From positions 272,676,001 through 272,740,000 of the forward strand of contig OZ024740.1 in the NCBI GenBank assembly GCA_964016885.1: 64,000 nucleotides of DNA. Reading direction: 5' to 3'. The notes beneath the pieces are model-generated. The model did no database searches and was not told where the DNA came from. It was given only the letters and a program-made list of their open reading frames with translations. Position numbers and translations under genes: made by a program. This DNA is from Eledone cirrhosa. Its lineage: Eukaryota. Every line of letters begins with the position of its first letter. Within the stretch, counting starts at the first letter, position 1. This document shows positions 17,262 to 31,091 of the stretch, in pieces.

Positions 17262-17545
17262 CTAAAGTCTAAAGTCTGTCTTAAGCCAGAAGGCTCATTT
17301 GGCCGTTGCTTATCCCAGTTTCATGGCGTGAAGCGACTGAGAGTACAAGACACCCCGCTGGACAGGACGCCAGTCCATTGCAAGATTAAACCTCCAGCTA
17401 CTGCTGGTACTCATTTTTAGTTGAGTATACTGGAGCAGCGTGAAATGAAGTGTTTTGCTCAAGAACACAACACGCAACCAAGGAATCGAACCCACGACAT
17501 TATGATCATAAGTCCAACACTCTTACCACTAGACCACGTGCCTCA
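17262..17545 (-). mobile_element. tRNA-derived SINE, full length
   Basis: A/B boxes (tggtctagtggtaag, gggttcgattcc), body homologous to the other copies, short repeated agacttt tail. Confidence 0.8.
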
Positions 17546-17579
17546 ACTGCATATTCATATATATGTATACATCTATACA

Positions 17580-17665
<86 letters not shown>

Positions 17666-17688
17666 AATATATATATATATATATATAC

Positions 17689-17730
<42 letters not shown>

Positions 17731-17797
17731 GTATATATATATATATTTATGTGTGTATATGTATATATATATATATTTATGTATATATATATAAATT

Positions 17798-17860
<63 letters not shown>

Positions 17861-17864
17861 ACAT

Positions 17865-17936
<72 letters not shown>
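17546..17936. repeat. (TA)n-rich microsatellite
   Basis: Read directly from the sequence. Confidence 0.9.
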
Positions 17937-17939
<3 letters not shown>

Positions 17940-18076
17940 ATCAGTAAGCCCTAATGATTCCTCCCGAATGAAACAGTTCTAGTCCTGTAGAAGCCATTTC
18001 TATATTAAATATTGATACTCTGCTATGTATTGAGTACCTTACTTACTGTGGTTACCCCCGATTGAACCCGGGATAA
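17937..18076 (+). mobile_element. PLE 3'-end remnant with degenerate hammerhead (17951-17982); family of 40412-40614
   Basis: CTAATGA-ttcctcccgaat-GAAAC-a-GTT-ctag, preceded by an inverted tcatcag, with (TA)n flanks. Confidence 0.6.
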
Positions 18077-18385
18077 AATTATATATATATATATTTGAGT
18101 GTGTGTGTGTGTGCGTGTATGTATGTGTGTGTGGGTGTGTGCGTGTATGTATGACTGTGTGTAAGCACACACACACATATATTTGTGAATTTGTCATTGA
18201 CAGACAGATACATAGATAGATAGATATATTGATAGATAGATAGATAGATAGATCGATAGATAGATCGATAGATAGATAGATAGATATATTGATAGATAGA
18301 TATATAAATAGATAGATAGATTGATAGATATATCGATAGATAGATAGATAGATATATTGATAGATAGATATATAGATAGATAGAT

Positions 18386-18544
18386 AAATTTCTTTATTAG
18401 CCACAAGGGCACAAAAGAAGGGGACAAATACAAATGGGGAGTTTACATACAGGTATATGAAAATAAAACTATTAATACAATAACAAATAACAATTGAAAT
18501 CCCCAATAGTGGGGAGGTGTTACACAGGGGTTGTGCACTCCCCA

Positions 18545-18546
<2 letters not shown>
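18386..18546 (-). mobile_element. 3' UTR fragment of the Tx1-like LINE family within (GATA)n
   Basis: Reverse complement tgtaaactcccc...tgtccccttcttttgtgcccttgtggctaataaagaaatt-tatctatc matches 34690-34765. Confidence 0.8.
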
Positions 18547-18585
<39 letters not shown>

Positions 18586-19040
18586 TAGGCAGCTGTATCA
18601 AAACAACTTTAACCTCACTAGTTCATTCAACTTTTGAAGTTTACGTTTTCTACTTCATAATCTTACAAAAAAAAAAACAAAAAAAAAATACAACAATTAT
18701 TATTCTTTCTAACCACATGACTGCAGAGAGACTTGTGATGGCTATTTTCACCTGACTTCATAGTCGCTCTGCATGAGTAACAGGGTGTATGTTCAGAACT
18801 AAAATATCAACCTATATATTCTATATTTATCTGACAGTTTTTCTATATCTTAACTTCAATATCCCGCTTTCAATTTCGCCCTCCTTCTCACGCCCTCCCA
18901 CTCTTTCTCTGTACACACAACCCCCCCCCCCACACACATATATATATATATATATATAAATGTACATATATATATACATATGTACATATATCTATCTATA
19001 CATACACACATATATATATATAAAACATATATATATATAC

Positions 19041-19079
<39 letters not shown>

Positions 19080-19273
19080 AGCATGTACAAGCGTCTTTGT
19101 TCATTTGAGTAAGTAAGCTTTATGGTTTTGAATGGCTATACATATGAATAAGGATATATAGATATTCTTATATTTTTCTGAATAGGTCTATGTATAATTC
19201 TATCAAAATCTGTAGGAATATAGGTGCACAACTATTAGTATATGTGTATATATGTGTGTTGATATATATATAC

Positions 19274-19305
<32 letters not shown>

Positions 19306-19654
19306 ATATATACACATATATGTATGTGTGTATGTACATATATATATACATCTATTCTTACATATATTTGTACATATGTATACATCTATTCATACATATA
19401 TTTTATATGAGGCAATACTGAGGGAGGTGGAGAAAGTATGAGTTTGGAATGTTTATGAAGTCATGTATAAATATGTCTGAATAGATATATGAAAAGAGGA
19501 AGATACAAACAAAATTAATATTATTATGATTTATTATTATATCTCTGATTGTGTTCGTACAATTGTATGCGTGTGTGTGCGCATATGGAATGTATGTACA
19601 TCGTTATATATATTGTATACCGATTGTGTTGTTATTTCTGTTTACCTTTTTCAT

Positions 19655-19747
<93 letters not shown>

Positions 19748-19761
19748 TATATATATATGCA

Positions 19762-19806
<45 letters not shown>

Positions 19807-20295
19807 ATAATAATAAAATTGAAGACTATATATATATATAATGTGTGAAATTTTTCGCGTTTTCGAACAAAATATATAGTTTGCAATAGGAAAACTTTGA
19901 AGATTAATAACTTAAATCACGATTATCCAAATAACAAAAGATTATGCAGCAATGAATACCAGTTGACACAGAGTCTTGTTCTCAGAAGGCGAGTCACGCT
20001 GAGAAACAATTCAAATGACAGTGTATGATGTCACAAGGCGGAACTTGGTGTAGAATAACGAGCTGAACGTTTGCGGTGGGCATTCCGCAATATTTCTTAA
20101 TTTCATTTTTTTTTCTATCTTCAAATTCAAATATTATTTACGATTAAATATGCTTAATATAAATCAATTGTAATGTAATAATATTCAACTTTGTTTAAAA
20201 GTCAACAGACAACTTGAAATAGCTTCGAACGCTCGAAAATAACTAAATTGTTAACTTTTCCGAACTTTCTTGAGAAACGTCAGTGTATACATGCA

Positions 20296-20335
<40 letters not shown>

Positions 20336-20349
20336 CACACACTCACACA

Positions 20350-20404
<55 letters not shown>

Positions 20405-20928
20405 ACACACACACACACAGATATATATATATATAAAATATATATATATGTGTGGGTGTGTTTATCTAACTTCATCATAGATAATACGCATACGCATACA
20501 CACACACACATACACACACATATACACACACATATATACACACACACATATATATATATATATACATTAATTTACACATATAATATATGTGTAAATTAAT
20601 GTATATATACATATGTGTGTGTGTGTGTGTGCTTGTGTGTGTGTGTATATGTGTGTGTATGTATATGTCTGTGTGCATACACATATACACACACAGGGAT
20701 ATAAATAGTTTAATATGTAGATAGTGATGTATGTTTAACTTTTCGTTAGGTAATGAATACTTTTGTGAAAATAGTTTGACCACTGTTTTCATTTTATTGT
20801 TGGAAACAATACAATGGATATTTTCTACAAAATAACCAGACTTGCATTGTTAGATGCTACACTAAAATTAATCTAAATAACCCCAACAAGGAAAACATCT
20901 GTTTTATAGTAATATATAGTATTAAGAC

Positions 20929-21667
20929 ACAGTCGCAACCTCCTGCATCAAAGCCTCTGCCTCCTTCACTGTATTTGTCACCAAAACTATGTCGTCGGCA
21001 AATTGTCGATGAGTGTAGGGCTGAGAATGAATGAGACTAAAACAAAATATCTGGTAGAGTATGTTGAGAAGCCAGAGGGGATCACTAATGTAGGCGGAAA
21101 GCCGCTAGAATTGGAGCAAAGATTGGGAATACGGAAGATGGTGTGGCTGAGAGGAAGAGCAAAGCCTGGGCGGCGTGCCACATCTTGTGATCGGTGTGGA
21201 AGTCGGACCTTCGTAAAGACCTGAAAATCCGCCTCTTCATTGCTGTAGTCAAGTCTGCGCTGTTGTACGGGTCTGAGACTTGGACACTGACCAAGAAACT
21301 CACTCAGATGGTGGATGGGTGCTATACGATAATGTTGAGGATGGCTCTGAACATTAATCAGTATACACTGAGGATGAAAATGTCAGAGCTGTATGGGAGC
21401 CTCCCAAAAGTCAGCTCAAAAGTGACACAGAGGAGACTGGGGTTAGCTGGACATGCTCATCGACATCCAGAGTTGACATTGCACTCAGTGCTCCTGTGGG
21501 AGCCCCTACATGGACACACTGGAAGTGGAAGACCAAGGTTAACGTATGTTGATGCCCTAAGGACAGACACTGGTCTGTTGGAGACGCAGGAGATGGCAGC
21601 GATAATGAGGGACAGAAACCGCTGGAGAGAACTCGTCCATGGATCTCGGGAATTTTACCCGCCCTAG
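20929..21667 (+). mobile_element. RTE-clade LINE, 5'-truncated with 5' inversion and 13-bp TSD
   Basis: ORF motifs SALLYGSETWTLT...GHAHRH...GRPRLTY...RDRNRWR. Inverted segment 20929-21002 encodes FADDIVLVTNTVKEAEALMQEVATV. TSD atagtattaagac at 20916-20928 and 21668-21680. Confidence 0.9.
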
Positions 21668-21853
21668 ATAGTATTAAGACGAGGTTTTACCTTACACGGT
21701 TAAGGTGTAGACAATTCAACCGACACCAATATATGACTGGTAAATGAAAAGATAATGCCGTTATGTGGGTGGATTTGAATTAAAAAACTTAAGCGTGTGC
21801 AATTACATTGTCTAATTCATTTTATCTTTAAATACCGGTGTCTGACCGACCGC

Positions 21854-22144
21854 TTACTCATTGGACCGGCCTCCGTCGATAGCTCTGGCGTCCTTGGTTC
21901 CCACACTGCTGATTTCCTCCATAAAGTCAGATAGATGGGGGCGCGCTTGAGGAGGGAGCTGCGTGAGGTCGGGTTGCTGTTGCAGCAGGTGTCTCTGGCC
22001 ACTTTTCGCGATAACGCTTTTGCCGTTTTGTTTGTGAGGCCCTTTGAGGCTCCACTCAGAATGGAGTGTAGTGACTGTGTCCCTCCTCTTCTCTCTTTCT
22101 TTCGCCGCTTGATCCCTCTTTCTTCTTCTCCTTTCTGGTTTCAT
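21854..22144 (-). CDS. Possible host exon (unidentified)
   Basis: Non-repetitive GC-richer island, an open frame of 96 aa, and a GA|GTAAGC donor-like site at ~21857. No recognisable domain. Confidence 0.25.
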   Translation of the reverse strand: MKPERRRRKRDQAAKEREKRRDTVTTLHSEWSLKGPHKQNGKSVIAKSGQRHLLQQQPDLTQLPPQARPHLSDFMEEISSVGTKDARAIDGGRSNE

Positions 22145-24260
22145 TTTTCTTCTTTTCTTTTCTGTTCCCTTTAATAGTGTGTTTGTTTTTATTAGATAGA
22201 GCTCTGTTATTTTTATATAATGTCAATAGCCTTCCGTGTCATTGTTCGATTACTTATCTAACACTTTTAATAAAGAATTAATATGATTTCTAGCACACAT
22301 ATGAGAAAACACAGACACACACACGCACGCGAGCGCGGGCACACACACACACTTACAAATGTGCGCGCACAAGCACTCACATACACGCAATACAGTTTTC
22401 GTCATTTTATTCAATATGAATAATTTTGGAGTTCAAAAACAGAAATGCCGCAGTGTAAATTATATTAACAGCTTAATTGAAGGAAAAAAACAAATGCAAA
22501 TAGAAAATAATGATTTCTGATGTTTCTTGTTTTGATTTCTGATTTGCAAATAGAAATCCCTTATATACTTTCTGCGTTGGGCAGAGGAAGTAGGGAGTTG
22601 GTAGACACATGACACAAAAATCCCATTAAAAATCCATTTAAGTTAAAAGTTAATCGTTTATGTTTAGAAATTAAGGGAGATAGTAAAAAGAAGCCCAACT
22701 GGTTTAATATAAAACAACAACAACAACAACAATAATGACGATAATAATGACAATGGTAATAATAACAATATCCAAAAAACAAGAAGCTATACACATTCAT
22801 TAAACGAGTTACAAGGTCAATTTCTATAATGTTTGATTGTAAATGATTGAATTGATGGCAACATATATCCAGTACAATTTTATTGATCGCGGTTAAATGT
22901 GGCGCAAATTGATACCAAGTGGTATTTGAACTGAGAACAAATAATGTACCGAAAAATATTCAAATAGTCTGGTGGTTTACAGTGTCTGCAGTCGTGAAAT
23001 TCAAGATAATTGAAACTATTTTTTGATACTATTAATAAACAACTCTGTTATTCTTAGCTAATTTTATTGAAAAGAAAGTTACCAAAAATATAACTTCAAT
23101 ATTTTAGATAAGACTACCACATCAGATCTTTCACTCTTAATTTTGATGCATTGAGGGAGATTTTATATAACTGTTCCACCTGCTAGAAATAGAAACCAAA
23201 TCTCTCTCAAATTATAACCTAAAGTTTCAAAATCAAGAAGGATGTATTGGATAATGTTGTTTGGAATAAGCTGTTTGAAATATGTATGGTTATAGCTAGA
23301 ATTTCTTTTATTATAAATCCACTTGATGAAGATTCGCTTGGGGTTAGAAAACAACATCCAGTTCAGCCGATACTCCCAGATCTAGGACCCAATAAGCTTT
23401 GAAATAAGGCACATTATATCCGATATTCATCTTCTCTTACTAATCGACTTCATCACAATAATGATTTTCACCGTTATCTCTAACAGCATACGAGGTGGTC
23501 AGAGTTTAAATTTATTTCCCATAAGACAATGTTAAAAGAGAAAATATTTGCCTGTCCTTATGAAACTCCTTTATCTTTTCCACCCTGTTACCAGTTCAAT
23601 CCATGTATCCTAGAGTATTGTTGAAAAACAATCTTGGACGACACTGTTAGGTTGTTTGATGTAACGTGTAAGCATTGCTATCTTCAAATATACTTTAGAA
23701 GCTTTAGAAACAAATCATTACCAACATATTAAAATTGAAACCTTTTAAAGCAACATCCATAATTGGAAACACTTTTAGAGAGTGAACCGTACTGAGTCTC
23801 TGTGTTGGAACCACCAGATAAGTGTGATACCATATAAAGCTATATAAATTGTTCAATAATATAAGTTTATTTTAGATGATTTAATGTACGTATTTAATCA
23901 AAATTGAAATTCCTTACATACAAGAAACAACACAAACCTTCATTAATTTAACCTAACAATTTGGAAATATATTTACACAAAGTGTAAGAAATTGATTTAA
24001 TAAAAACTCCCCGAACTAACATGCTCATGTAATTGAATGGTCAAAAGAGAATAGTTAGAATTGTTCATGTCCTGAGCTGAAATGACTTGTTTTAGGATAT
24101 GTTCATAAGAATGTTGTTTGAAAAGAGAGGAACTGAGTGGGCATACATTACTATAGGAACGCGAAATTGTTGAAGTTGTCGTTTCACGACACATTGGTTC
24201 TTTTAGCTCAGTGATCAATTATAGAATACTCTAATGACTTGCATCAAGAAAATCTGTTTA

Positions 24261-24471
24261 CGAGGGCCGACTGAAAAGTTCATAGGCTGTTTATGAAGGA
24301 TTGATGTTAGGGCTGTAAAATACTGCATGCATTAATTTCAACACCTATTAATAACTGTATTGTTTCTTTCCAGGAACTATGTTGAAAAATAAACCTCATT
24401 TGGTCATTCCATGAGAGTATCTTGGTCAGCCTATAAACCTTTCAGCCTGTGACTTTTTCAGCCGATCCTCG
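24261..24471. mobile_element. Tc1/mariner-type MITE
   Basis: TA-cgagggccgactgaaaagttcataggctg at the left end, imperfect complement cagcctataaacctttcagcc...ttttcagccgatcctcg at the right end. Confidence 0.6.
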
Positions 24472-25236
24472 CATGTCTTTATGTAGAATGAGTAATGATT
24501 TAAATATTGTGAACATGGGCACGGTTCTGAGAATGATGTACCAAGAAGATTTTTAATGTGTTGCTAGTTTAAACTAAGCTAGTCTTAAACTATTACATAT
24601 TTGTGCGACAAATGTCAGCTGATATGTTTAAATATGACCCTGGGGAACAAGAGTTATCGTACTTGGGCAACCTTATGGCGAAAACATGTTTAATTCCTCA
24701 ACCTACTCATTATTATGCAAGTAAATCTATTCCTGTGGTTTCTCTATGTAATTAAGCCTATAATTTGAAAACAATACTAGTCGAAAGACTATTTCTTGTA
24801 ATATAAAGTTATTTTACTAAATCTTTTTAGTAAGCTTTTACATTTATATATTTATTTTTAGTTAAAGTTTGCCAGATATTTATTTGAAATTGTATAATAT
24901 ATTCTAGAAACACTGAAGAAGGAAAAGAAAATAATTAAGGGGAGTGTTAACTATTACATGTGAGATTTTGCCAAAGATGCAGTTGCAATTTGTAGCTGAG
25001 AATTTTTACTGTGACTGTGAAGATGGTGGGGTGTAAAGGCAACCAGACTTACAACACGGTATTATATTTCAAATACTTCCAACTCAGTTTGGTTTATTAC
25101 TTGTAGCCATACCTGAAGTGATGCCAAGGAACGAGTTCCACAACATAAACATGTCGCTTTTTTTAAGGGATCCGATTTGAATGAAGGAATTAGTTATATA
25201 TTACTTTCTTCAGATTGGTTATTGGTCTGACAGGTC

Positions 25237-25311
<75 letters not shown>

Positions 25312-25328
25312 TAGTAGTAGTAGTAGTA
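25237..25328. repeat. (TAG)n microsatellite
   Basis: Read directly from the sequence. Confidence 0.95.
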
Positions 25329-26819
25329 GAGAAAGAAGAAACAGTCGCTGCTGTGCAGTCCTGTAGATGATGATAGCTCAGTTATTTGCGCTAATTTTTT
25401 TATGTTGTTTGCAAAAGTAATTTTTGGGGAAGTTCTTTCAAATTATTTTGTTGCAGCTTCTGTTATTGTTGTTCCCGTTACTGCACATAGTTTTCAGTTC
25501 CATCTTATTATCATTATTTTTATCATTCATGTCAATAAATTTTTCTTTGCCGCCATTGTTGTTTTTGTTATTGTTTTAAATTTTTTGTTGCTTCTGTAGC
25601 TTTCGTTATTCTCGGTATTGTTATCATTTCTACATTACCAAACATTACTGTAGTTGTTGTTGTTGTAGTTGATGGTGGTGGTGGTGATGGTGGTGAAGGA
25701 GGTGTTGTTGCTGTTGTTGATGCAGTTGTAGTTATATTTGCTAGTGGTAAAACAAAATTCGTTATTGTGGGTGCTGTACTTGTAAAGTTCGTTCAGTTTC
25801 AATTGCAACTCTTTTAGCATCCAAATAATTTTACTAGCCGAACATCTTATACATGTTGTTTTTGTTTGGCCCTAGGTTATCCATGACCAGGCAGACCTAT
25901 CACAAAGGAAGAAAAAGATTCTAGCCGTGACCATACCATGTTTGTATTAAGATATTATATTCATAGGAATATATTATCTAGTGTTTTTCCTCACTGAAAA
26001 CGGTGGTGCATGGCGGAAGAGAATTTAGTTGTTAATTCCAGCAGGCTGAGCAGCCGTGTGCAAATGCTCTCTGGCTTGTTGTCAATTGGAGAAGCTGAAA
26101 TCTAAGGCAGCCTGGGATCTCATCAATGGGCCCTATTGTCAGTTGAGCAATTCCACCTAACATATTCATTGAAACTATTCACATATGTTCCATGAATTTG
26201 AGCATCAAATCAATGAAGTTACTGCGTGCATTTTATGAGTTGAGTTTATGTCAGATCGTGACTGTAATTTGCAGAATGTTTTCTTCCTTATATCCAACAT
26301 AGTGGTCAATTTACAGAATCGTTAAATCACGGGACAAATAGCTGCTGCGTTTGTTCTTGCTTTTTGCGTTTTCATTTTAAACCTTGCAAATATTAATTGA
26401 GCCTTTCATTATTTTAAGTGTGTATAAAATAAAATATCAGTCAACTGCTAGGATTGATTCACCTCTCCCCTTACAAACTCTTAGATTGTTGCCCTCACGT
26501 ATATATAGTCATAGGTAGTTAAGGAGTTTGTTTCGCAACCACATGGTTTCCAGTTCAGTTTTAGTGCGTTGCTCCTCATTGCGTCTTTTACGTGGCTTGA
26601 CGAATGGTATATGAATGCAATTTGGTAGACAGAAATTGTCCGGAAGTCCGCGGTATATGTATACTCTCTCTTTCCTTCACACATAGACACACATACATAC
26701 AAACATCGGACTAAAAAAATAATAACCTGGGTTAATATGATTGACAACCCAATCGTGCAAATTGAGATTTGACCTGGGAGAAAGTTTAGAGTTACCCCAG
26801 GTTGTTCAGACAACCATGA

Positions 26820-26931
26820 GGCCAGAGGCTATGTAAACACGGGGGGGGGGGGGGGGAGAGGCTAACGCCCCTTGCTTCTGCTGGATGCCACCAGAGGGCG
26901 TTACCCCCCATCGGTGTTTACATAGCTACGG
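26820..26931. mobile_element. Small TIR element (MITE-like)
   Basis: gctatgtaaacac...gtgtttacatagc inverted ends, with internal taacgccc/gggcgtta. Confidence 0.45.
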
Positions 26932-27040
26932 CTTCCTAAAACCGTATTTCTTTCGAAATACGAAATTTCTATACATATTGTATAAAGCTATGCTTGAAGC
27001 GAAATCTTATTTCTTTTATATATATATATATATATATATA

Positions 27041-27217
27041 GGCAAATGTTAAACCCCGACGACAGACCTCAAGCCGTTTCGTCCAGAAATAGCCGTCGAA
27101 ACGGCTTGAGCTCTGCCGTCGGGGTTTAACATTTTCCTATTACCCACTCTACTACCCTAAGTATTGAGTACTCTGGTGCGTTATGGTCCATCTGGTTCCT
27201 TACCACACTTCCTTCGT
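27041..27217 (+). mobile_element. Fold-back element family D, copy 1
   Basis: Inverted arm 27041-27080 versus 27097-27138, then an ~80-nt tail ending ccttcgt near (TA)n. Confidence 0.75.
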
Positions 27218-27673
27218 GATATATATATATAATATTATAATGAAATGACAGGAGGCTGGATTTGTGTAAATCCTTGAAAGGTTTATTATACTATGATCAT
27301 TTCAATGACCGGGTTCCGTATGAATCCGGTGATATCATCAGGTATTCGAAATATAATACGTGAATGTAATAGATAAAATCCATGGGGCTGAAAATCAAGG
27401 ACCCGAGGGCGACCGCCATCCAGCATCTTCTACCTTTGCTGGTCGCCCTCGAGGATTTACACAAATCCAGGATTTCAAGGATTTACACAAATCCAGCCTC
27501 CTGTCATTTCATTATAATATTTAACTCCGTAATAGCACCACCAACTACAAAAACAAAGACGGTTGAACTGCTTTACGTTGAGTACTCTCTCTATTATTAC
27601 ATTGCGATTGACCATACGGAATTGACCAGCTCTATCCAGTGGTGAACCTCAAACCTGAATAAATAAATATATA

Positions 27674-27729
<56 letters not shown>

Positions 27730-27926
27730 TAATTTAATATATCTACTAACATAAGCGCACAGATGTACGCTAATGCCAGCAAATACACAGGTTATGTTAT
27801 AGTACCTAGGTGGTTCAATGCAGGAGAATGCAGAACAATAATATATAAGACGTAAAATAAGAACATTTCTTTAAAAAAATAAAAAAATAAAAAAATAAAA
27901 AATTAACTTACTTACTTAAATTTTCA

Positions 27927-28006
27927 CTCCAACTAATTAGTTTCTGCAATGGGATAAAGACAGTTACGTAATGAACTGTTGAGAATTTCCTTGCGTCATC
28001 AGGGAG
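27927..28006 (-). ncRNA. Type I hammerhead ribozyme with extended stem II
   Basis: Reverse complement reads ctcc-CTGATGA-cgcaa...ttgca-GAAAC-taatta-GTT-ggag. Stem III is the palindrome AACTAATTAGTT. Confidence 0.75.
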
Positions 28007-28228
28007 GTCATTCTCAGCCGAGTCTCCAGGCGATGCGCGGACACTGGGGACTCATATAAAAATAATAATAATTCGGCAACTGGAACAGCTATCGAGGACT
28101 GGATTCCAGCCACTGAAAATTCTCACTGCCACTGATCATATGGCCAATTCTAAATAATCAATCACGTGACACAGAGGCTAGTCAGTAGGAATGGGATGGT
28201 AAGATGACAGACGCCTACTAACACCCCC

Positions 28229-28286
<58 letters not shown>

Positions 28287-28895
28287 GTGTGTGTGTGTGT
28301 GTTTGTGGGTGCGAGTGTGTTTGTGTGGTCACAACTATAACGTCTTTGATCATATGCCTATGCTCAATCCGACTCGAGCTAGCCGACCTGGTGCCTCACA
28401 AGAACAAAGGCAAAAAAAACAAAACAAAACAGCAACAGCTATTCAGACAAACAAATATAATAAAACAAGAAATTGTCTACAACACAAAAGAAGAAAAAGG
28501 TATGTGTGGAGATGGGGAAAGAGAGTGAAAGAATGAAGAAGAAGATCACTTTAGATCTTTACTCTAGTCACCTTATACTGTTCGGACGTTTCTTAATGCA
28601 TAATACATGAGCACTCTTCTATGTTTTACATATGTAATGGTTGTATAGCGAATTGGAGAAATATTTCTCTAATGTTTTTCACTCACTGGTAAGTACACAT
28701 GGCATATGATTGTCTATACGTGTGTTTTCATTGTGTGAGTGGGTGTGCGTGTATGTGTATGTACGTGTGTGGTGTGTGTGTCTGCGCGTGTGTGTCTGCA
28801 GTTTGTAGTATAAACTACTTCTCGTTAGAACAGCAATTATGCGGTGAGACCTGGTCGTACTAATGGATTGAACGAAACAGACGTCCGATTTCACC

Positions 28896-28938
<43 letters not shown>

Positions 28939-28962
28939 TCTCTCTCTCTCCACCTCTTCCTC

Positions 28963-29014
<52 letters not shown>

Positions 29015-29015
29015 A

Positions 29016-29046
<31 letters not shown>

Positions 29047-29247
29047 GATAGAGTAAGACACGCTTCGCATCGGCTCCGCTATTCCATCGGGATTTACCCT
29101 TGCTATTGTAAGTACCGGATAAATTTTTTAGTGCAACACATTTGGAACACTAACCCCTGTTATTTAGGGAAACATTTTTGCATTTACCCCCTTTTTAGGG
29201 GGTAAAATAAATATCTATTTTTGCCGAAAAATTTCTTTCTTGGCAGC

Positions 29248-31086
29248 ATGGCGGAAAAGATGGCAGACATGTCTGCCATTAGCTCTGCCACGCCCCCCAA
29301 GTCTGAAGAACAAAAAATAATTACAACAAAATTAGACATTGAAACAAACAAACAAAATGAAAAAACAAATGTTAAGGAAAATGAGCAAACAGAAAACAAA
29401 CAAACAGAAAATAATACAAATAACGACAGGGCAACTTTCGCCCAGAAAACAAAGCAATCCATTACATACACACCAATTGACCTAACTGCCGCCAGAGAAA
29501 AACTGGCCGAAGCAAAGAAACATATTGTTTTGGGGGAAAACGGAATGTTTTCCATTAACTCCCCCCCAGAATTCAAGAAAGCCAGAGCAGAAAACACAGT
29601 TATATACAGAACTATACTAAACCAGTCAAGAAAGCCAGCACAGCCCAGCCAAATGGAAATAGAGTTAGTCCTAAAAGACTATATGAAGAATATTCTCTTC
29701 ATACGAAAGGACCGACTCTATGGCAGCATTTCGGTCCTAACAAGAGACAAAGAAACGGCGGTTCAGCTTTCCCTAAGCCCACTCTCGTCGACAACATATA
29801 GCTTCTATCCCTCCTACATGGGTAGAAGAACTCAGAGAATAAAAGTAAAAACAATGCTGCCCACAATGGACTTCTGGTGGGCTATTGCTGGCTTCATTGA
29901 TATGGGCGAAGACACTATGCTGTCAATGGGGAAGGCAACTGGAGATGCGTTCCTGGGAATGGGCCTCGACATACTAGTCCAAATGAGGCCCGAAAGAATA
30001 GCACAAATCCCGGATCGCATCTGGCTGGATGACCTTACCCCAATAGACATAATTGTAGAGGGGAGAAGACCAGCATGCTATTTATGCATGGAAAGGGGAC
30101 ACGTTAAGGCTAACTGCCCGAAACGTATCCCCCAAAAAGGACTATTGCCCACACCCACCACAAACAGTACACCAGCACCACCCACCTCCAAAAATACACT
30201 AATACCACACACAGCAAACAAAATACAGACACCACCAACCACAAACACAACACAAACATCACCACCACCAGCACCAAACACAAGCACGACACAAAAATCA
30301 CCACCACCAACCACAACACAAACATCACCACCACCATTACCAACCACAAGCACGACACAAACATTACCACCACCACCACCACCACAAAACCCATTCCAAA
30401 CAAATAATAAAAAAAACAGTAACAAATCTACCCCTCCCGCAAAAAAAAAACAACCACACAACACGTCCCTCCCACCTAGCGCTGAAGAGTTTCCCCCAAC
30501 TTCTGAAGAAGAAGGAGGAGAAGCCTTCAGACAAGTTAAAAGAAAAAAAAGAAAACACACACCCAGCACACCACAAATAACCCACACACAAACACCAACT
30601 CCAATCAAAAACACCCCACCCTCAACAAACAAAAATAAATCTGCGCCTCCCCTCTCCGAAACATTGACAGCATCACAAAAAAAGACGTTGCAATACACAT
30701 ATATAAATAAAGAAAACAAAAAACTGGTTAAATTAATAAACAATAACCCTATGGTGCAGACCGAAGGGCCAAACTTTATCTCAACAGAGAACTTCACCCA
30801 TTTAAAAATGATAAAGGTCCCTCTGGACCTTTATCGTTCCTTAAAAGAACAATTTAGACGGGACGTGAGCCCCCCCTGTTTAAAACCGTTGAATCGCGTC
30901 CTCTTGAAAGATTTCCCCATAACCGCCCCTCTCCCTGACACAACTCCAAATACCCCAACCCCACCACACACGTGTACCCCCACACCACCACAAAACATCC
31001 CTCCACCCAACACACCTGATGCCATGGAAATTACGCAACCCGGAGAGGTAAGTGCTTTTCTTTCTTCACTTTCAACACCAAAATAG
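29248..31086 (+). CDS. LINE ORF1 (Gag-like, CCHC zinc knuckle, Pro/Thr-rich C-terminal region)
   Basis: CYLCMERGHVKANC motif. First ATG at 29248; the ORF track starts at an upstream TTG. Confidence 0.85.
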   Translation: MAEKMADMSAISSATPPKSEEQKIITTKLDIETNKQNEKTNVKENEQTENKQTENNTNNDRATFAQKTKQSITYTPIDLTAAREKLAEAKKHIVLGENGMFSINSPPEFKKARAENTVIYRTILNQSRKPAQPSQMEIELVLKDYMKNILFIRKDRLYGSISVLTRDKETAVQLSLSPLSSTTYSFYPSYMGRRTQRIKVKTMLPTMDFWWAIAGFIDMGEDTMLSMGKATGDAFLGMGLDILVQMRPERIAQIPDRIWLDDLTPIDIIVEGRRPACYLCMERGHVKANCPKRIPQKGLLPTPTTNSTPAPPTSKNTLIPHTANKIQTPPTTNTTQTSPPPAPNTSTTQKSPPPTTTQTSPPPLPTTSTTQTLPPPPPPQNPFQTNNKKNSNKSTPPAKKKQPHNTSLPPSAEEFPPTSEEEGGEAFRQVKRKKRKHTPSTPQITHTQTPTPIKNTPPSTNKNKSAPPLSETLTASQKKTLQYTYINKENKKLVKLINNNPMVQTEGPNFISTENFTHLKMIKVPLDLYRSLKEQFRRDVSPPCLKPLNRVLLKDFPITAPLPDTTPNTPTPPHTCTPTPPQNIPPPNTPDAMEITQPGEVSAFLSSLSTPK

Positions 31087-31091
31087 ATCAA

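Noticed and set aside
17500-17545. tRNA gene calls at SINE heads (also 11320-11385 and 15420-15486)
   Set aside because: A/B boxes are present, but they run into SINE bodies and I see no complete cloverleaf.
31048-31086. GAG|GTAAGT...polypyrimidine...TAG mini-intron that might fuse ORF1 to ORF2
   Set aside because: Removing the 39 nt keeps the ORF1 frame and hits TGA two codons later. Nearby AGs also do not give the ORF2 frame.
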